Made by a program: the position numbers and the translations under genes. Source: a virus. From it: a stretch of DNA of 64,000 nucleotides. Below are positions 61,923-64,000 of the stretch, one piece after another. Below the pieces are notes generated by a model. The model searched no databases, was not told the origin of the DNA, and worked only from the letters and a program-made list of their open reading frames with translations. The stretch is from IMG/VR virus record IMGVR_UViG_3300045988_122521; one strand, 5' to 3'. How positions within the stretch are numbered: the stretch's first letter is position 1; each line of letters opens with the position of its first letter.

Positions 61923-62054
61923 TCACACGGCCATTTCCGTGCCCGTGATCTCCTGATACTCCTCTTTCGTCAGGATGCCTTTCCTGACGGCGTTTTCCAC
62001 CATCGCCGCCGACCAAAGCCCCTGCTCATACCACCGCTTGATTTTTTCAGCCAT
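61923..62054 (-). CDS. XkdX-family small phage protein
   Basis: 43 aa, MAEKIKRWYEQGLWSAAMVENAVRKGILTKEEYQEITG.. Found by hand translation; GGAGG RBS. Confidence 0.55.
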   Translation of the reverse strand: MAEKIKRWYEQGLWSAAMVENAVRKGILTKEEYQEITGTEMAV

Positions 62055-62055
62055 A

Positions 62056-62412
62056 TCACACCTCCATCAGCGTGTCCGTCATCATAGCCGTGTACGTTAC
62101 CTGCGCTTCGATGCGGTCCAGCTGACTGGGCGCAGCGGCAGGGAGACCGGCACGATCCGCCTCCACTTCCTCCTCCGTCCGCAGCACACACGCGCCATTC
62201 TCCCATTTCCAACGGGGAATACCGTCATCCGTATAGAGTGCATCAAAATACAGGCTCTGGCAGAGGTCGAATTTTTCACCAGCCCCCTCGTCGATGCACA
62301 CCCACTGTTCCACGTCCTTGATGTTCCCCATGGTGTATCCGCCCTCGCACTGAAGGATGCGCCCCTCCTCATCCGTGCGGACGTACACCTTGGATGTCAT
62401 ATTGATCGGCAT
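62056..62412 (-). CDS. Tail-fibre-associated protein (XkdW-position)
   Basis: Start MPINMTSKVYVRTDEEG. C-terminal LDRIEAQVTYTAMMTDTL. Confidence 0.4.
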   Translation of the reverse strand: MPINMTSKVYVRTDEEGRILQCEGGYTMGNIKDVEQWVCIDEGAGEKFDLCQSLYFDALYTDDGIPRWKWENGACVLRTEEEVEADRAGLPAAAPSQLDRIEAQVTYTAMMTDTLMEV

Positions 62413-62428
62413 CTTCACCTCTCCTTTT

Positions 62429-63394
62429 TCACAGCTCCGCGCTGAGCATGATCTGCGCGCCATTGAGCGCGTAGAGATTGTATGTCTCCCCAGCCGTCAT
62501 CCCCGTCGTGATAAACACCAGACTTCGGATAACGGTGCTCTTGTTGTCCGTCATGCTCCATCCTCCGATAGCCATCGTCACATCGACAGATGCTTCAGCG
62601 GTTTTTCCCACCTTCAGCAGTGCATAATCGTTCACGGATACCGTAGGCACCGCACGCATTGCCACCGGCAGCTGGAAAGTTACCCACAGATTCGTCGCCG
62701 CGTTGGCGAACCCCATCGCAATAGGGTTGTTGGTGGTTTCAGATGCCGACTGCATCACTTGCAGATACCGTTTGCAAATATTGGACTGCTCCGCAAAATC
62801 GGGGATCTCGTTCAGTATCCAATTCCCGTCCTCGTCCTGATGGGCCAACGTAGACACCCCGCCGATTTCCAGTTTTACCGCCTTCAGGTCGATGCGCCCG
62901 CCATCCGGAACACCGAATCCCACAGCTCCGATGTCCTTGGTGCTCACTTTCAGGACATTCAGCGTATTAGCCTTCAGCGTCATTCCGATATTAGGGTCCG
63001 TCCCGTCCGCCGTCATGATATAGGCGCTGCACGAACCAAACACTGCCCCTGTCAGCACCGACAGCGTGGCCACTTCCGTCACCGGCCACTCCAGCTTCTG
63101 CTGGTAGTACACGCGGACACCGGTACTGGATTCCTCCAGCTTCAACACTCCGTCACCTACCGTGGCGTAGCACTGCGCCGACCGCGCCTGCCACCGGTCC
63201 ACGGTAAAGCCCGCACCTCTGTATACCGTCTTTCCGCGCTGATTTACCGGATTTCCGAAGTACCAGTTGTGCAGCAAATTACGGTTGCAGATATTGTTGG
63301 ATACGTACTCCAGGTTATCGCTGATCTCCTGCATCGCCTCCGCCGTGATGGCCGGAGGTGCGTCATTGTTCCACGTAGGTGCCGTGTATGCCAT
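62429..63394 (-). CDS. Tail fibre / receptor-binding protein (putative)
   Basis: 321 aa. N-terminal PTWNNDAPPAITAEAMQEISDNLEY and NLLHNWYFGNPVNQRG are typical of Firmicutes prophage fibre proteins (from memory). Position supports the call. Confidence 0.45.
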   Translation of the reverse strand: MAYTAPTWNNDAPPAITAEAMQEISDNLEYVSNNICNRNLLHNWYFGNPVNQRGKTVYRGAGFTVDRWQARSAQCYATVGDGVLKLEESSTGVRVYYQQKLEWPVTEVATLSVLTGAVFGSCSAYIMTADGTDPNIGMTLKANTLNVLKVSTKDIGAVGFGVPDGGRIDLKAVKLEIGGVSTLAHQDEDGNWILNEIPDFAEQSNICKRYLQVMQSASETTNNPIAMGFANAATNLWVTFQLPVAMRAVPTVSVNDYALLKVGKTAEASVDVTMAIGGWSMTDNKSTVIRSLVFITTGMTAGETYNLYALNGAQIMLSAEL

Positions 63395-63421
63395 TTCATC
63401 GTCTCCTTTCTCGTTTCCGCG

Positions 63422-64000
63422 TCACAGCGGCCACAGCGTATCGCCCTGCCGGATCAGTATCTGTGCCCCATCGGCATCGCCGACCTCAGCCCACGGTACG
63501 GAACATATGAGCGCCTGCTGCCGCGTGGCATCCTGTGTTTTGCTGGTGATCTCGCCGTTGATAAACACCTTTATCACCTCTCCCTTCCGGTTCTTCAAAA
63601 ACAGTGTATTTTGTGTGAGCCCCAGCGCAAACAGAGCGTTTCGCTTCTCCAGCGTGTCCTGGTATTCGCCCTCGCCGCTGACCTCCCCGAGATACCCGCT
63701 GAGCGTGCCATTCTGGTAGAGCTGCGGCGACATCTGCACCGTGGGATACCGCGTAAAATTTTCCAGCAGCGACGGGCGGTTTCCGCTGTTCACCGTTCCG
63801 CTCTCTACGTTCAGAGAAAATCGGAACAACTCCTCCACGCGGAAAACGCCGCTCTCCTCTCGGCAGGAGAGGAGCGTCCAGTCCCACAGGCACACCTTCA
63901 CCGGTTCTCCGATCAGCGCATCCGTTGCAAAGGACGTAGCATCTACGCCGAAAACATAGTAGATATAGGTCCCCTGTGATGCCGCCGCACAGTCCAGCAC
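63422..64000 (-). CDS. Tail/baseplate protein, C-terminal part (N-terminus beyond the window)
   Basis: The open frame reaches the window edge. Lies upstream of the fibre gene. Confidence 0.35.
   Translation of the reverse strand: MLDCAAASQGTYIYYVFGVDATSFATDALIGEPVKVCLWDWTLLSCREESGVFRVEELFRFSLNVESGTVNSGNRPSLLENFTRYPTVQMSPQLYQNGTLSGYLGEVSGEGEYQDTLEKRNALFALGLTQNTLFLKNRKGEVIKVFINGEITSKTQDATRQQALICSVPWAEVGDADGAQILIRQGDTLWPL

Larger units (their letters stand above)
60931..64000. mobile_element. Phage lysis + tail-fibre module (minus strand), continues right of the window
   Basis: Endolysin, holin, XkdX-like and fibre-like genes in canonical order. Confidence 0.7.

Noticed and set aside
1-64000. 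CRISPR arrays, diversity-generating retroelement, retron, IS/transposase, toxin-antitoxin pairs with recognisable domains.
   Set aside because: No regularly spaced direct repeats were seen. No reverse-transcriptase or transposase motifs appear in any convincing ORF. No template/variable repeat pair lies near the fibre genes.

Overview
High-GC (about 60% by eye), densely coding, Firmicutes/Clostridia-like DNA made almost entirely of mobile-element sequence. No rRNA, CRISPR array, reverse transcriptase, transposase, relaxase or T4SS gene was seen. Most long ORFs antisense to the genes listed below are high-GC artefacts.

- **1-33.7 kb:** a temperate phage segment, with genes on the minus strand. 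It carries the late genes (terS-like, terL, portal, scaffold, capsid, fibre-like paralogs; two tRNAs sit inside the head module). It also carries the early genes (DnaB, replisome organizer, RecT, YqaJ exonuclease, SSB-like, DUF1064, several DNA methyltransferases). A Cro/CI-type switch and a tyrosine integrase follow, then an att-like site built on a tRNA 3' fragment.
- **33.7-60.9 kb:** a 27-kb mosaic block with no virion or replication-initiator genes. It has sigma-like regulators, three more DNA methyltransferases, a PAPS-reductase-like gene, a Lar-like gene, many unknown plus-strand ORFs, HU, a cysteine desulfurase and a Xer-like recombinase. It also holds a 1.2-kb non-coding region and a 1.7-kb RNA island.
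- **60.9-64 kb:** a phage endolysin/holin/XkdX/tail-fibre module, minus strand, running off the window.

The most unusual items:
- The RNA island, where canonical tRNAs alternate with aberrant tRNA-like modules and GNRA-rich spacers.
- A composite promoter-like motif that recurs four times.
- A circularly permuted, multi-TRD C5-methyltransferase with an embedded alternative coding frame.
- The att/arm-repeat architecture next to the integrase.
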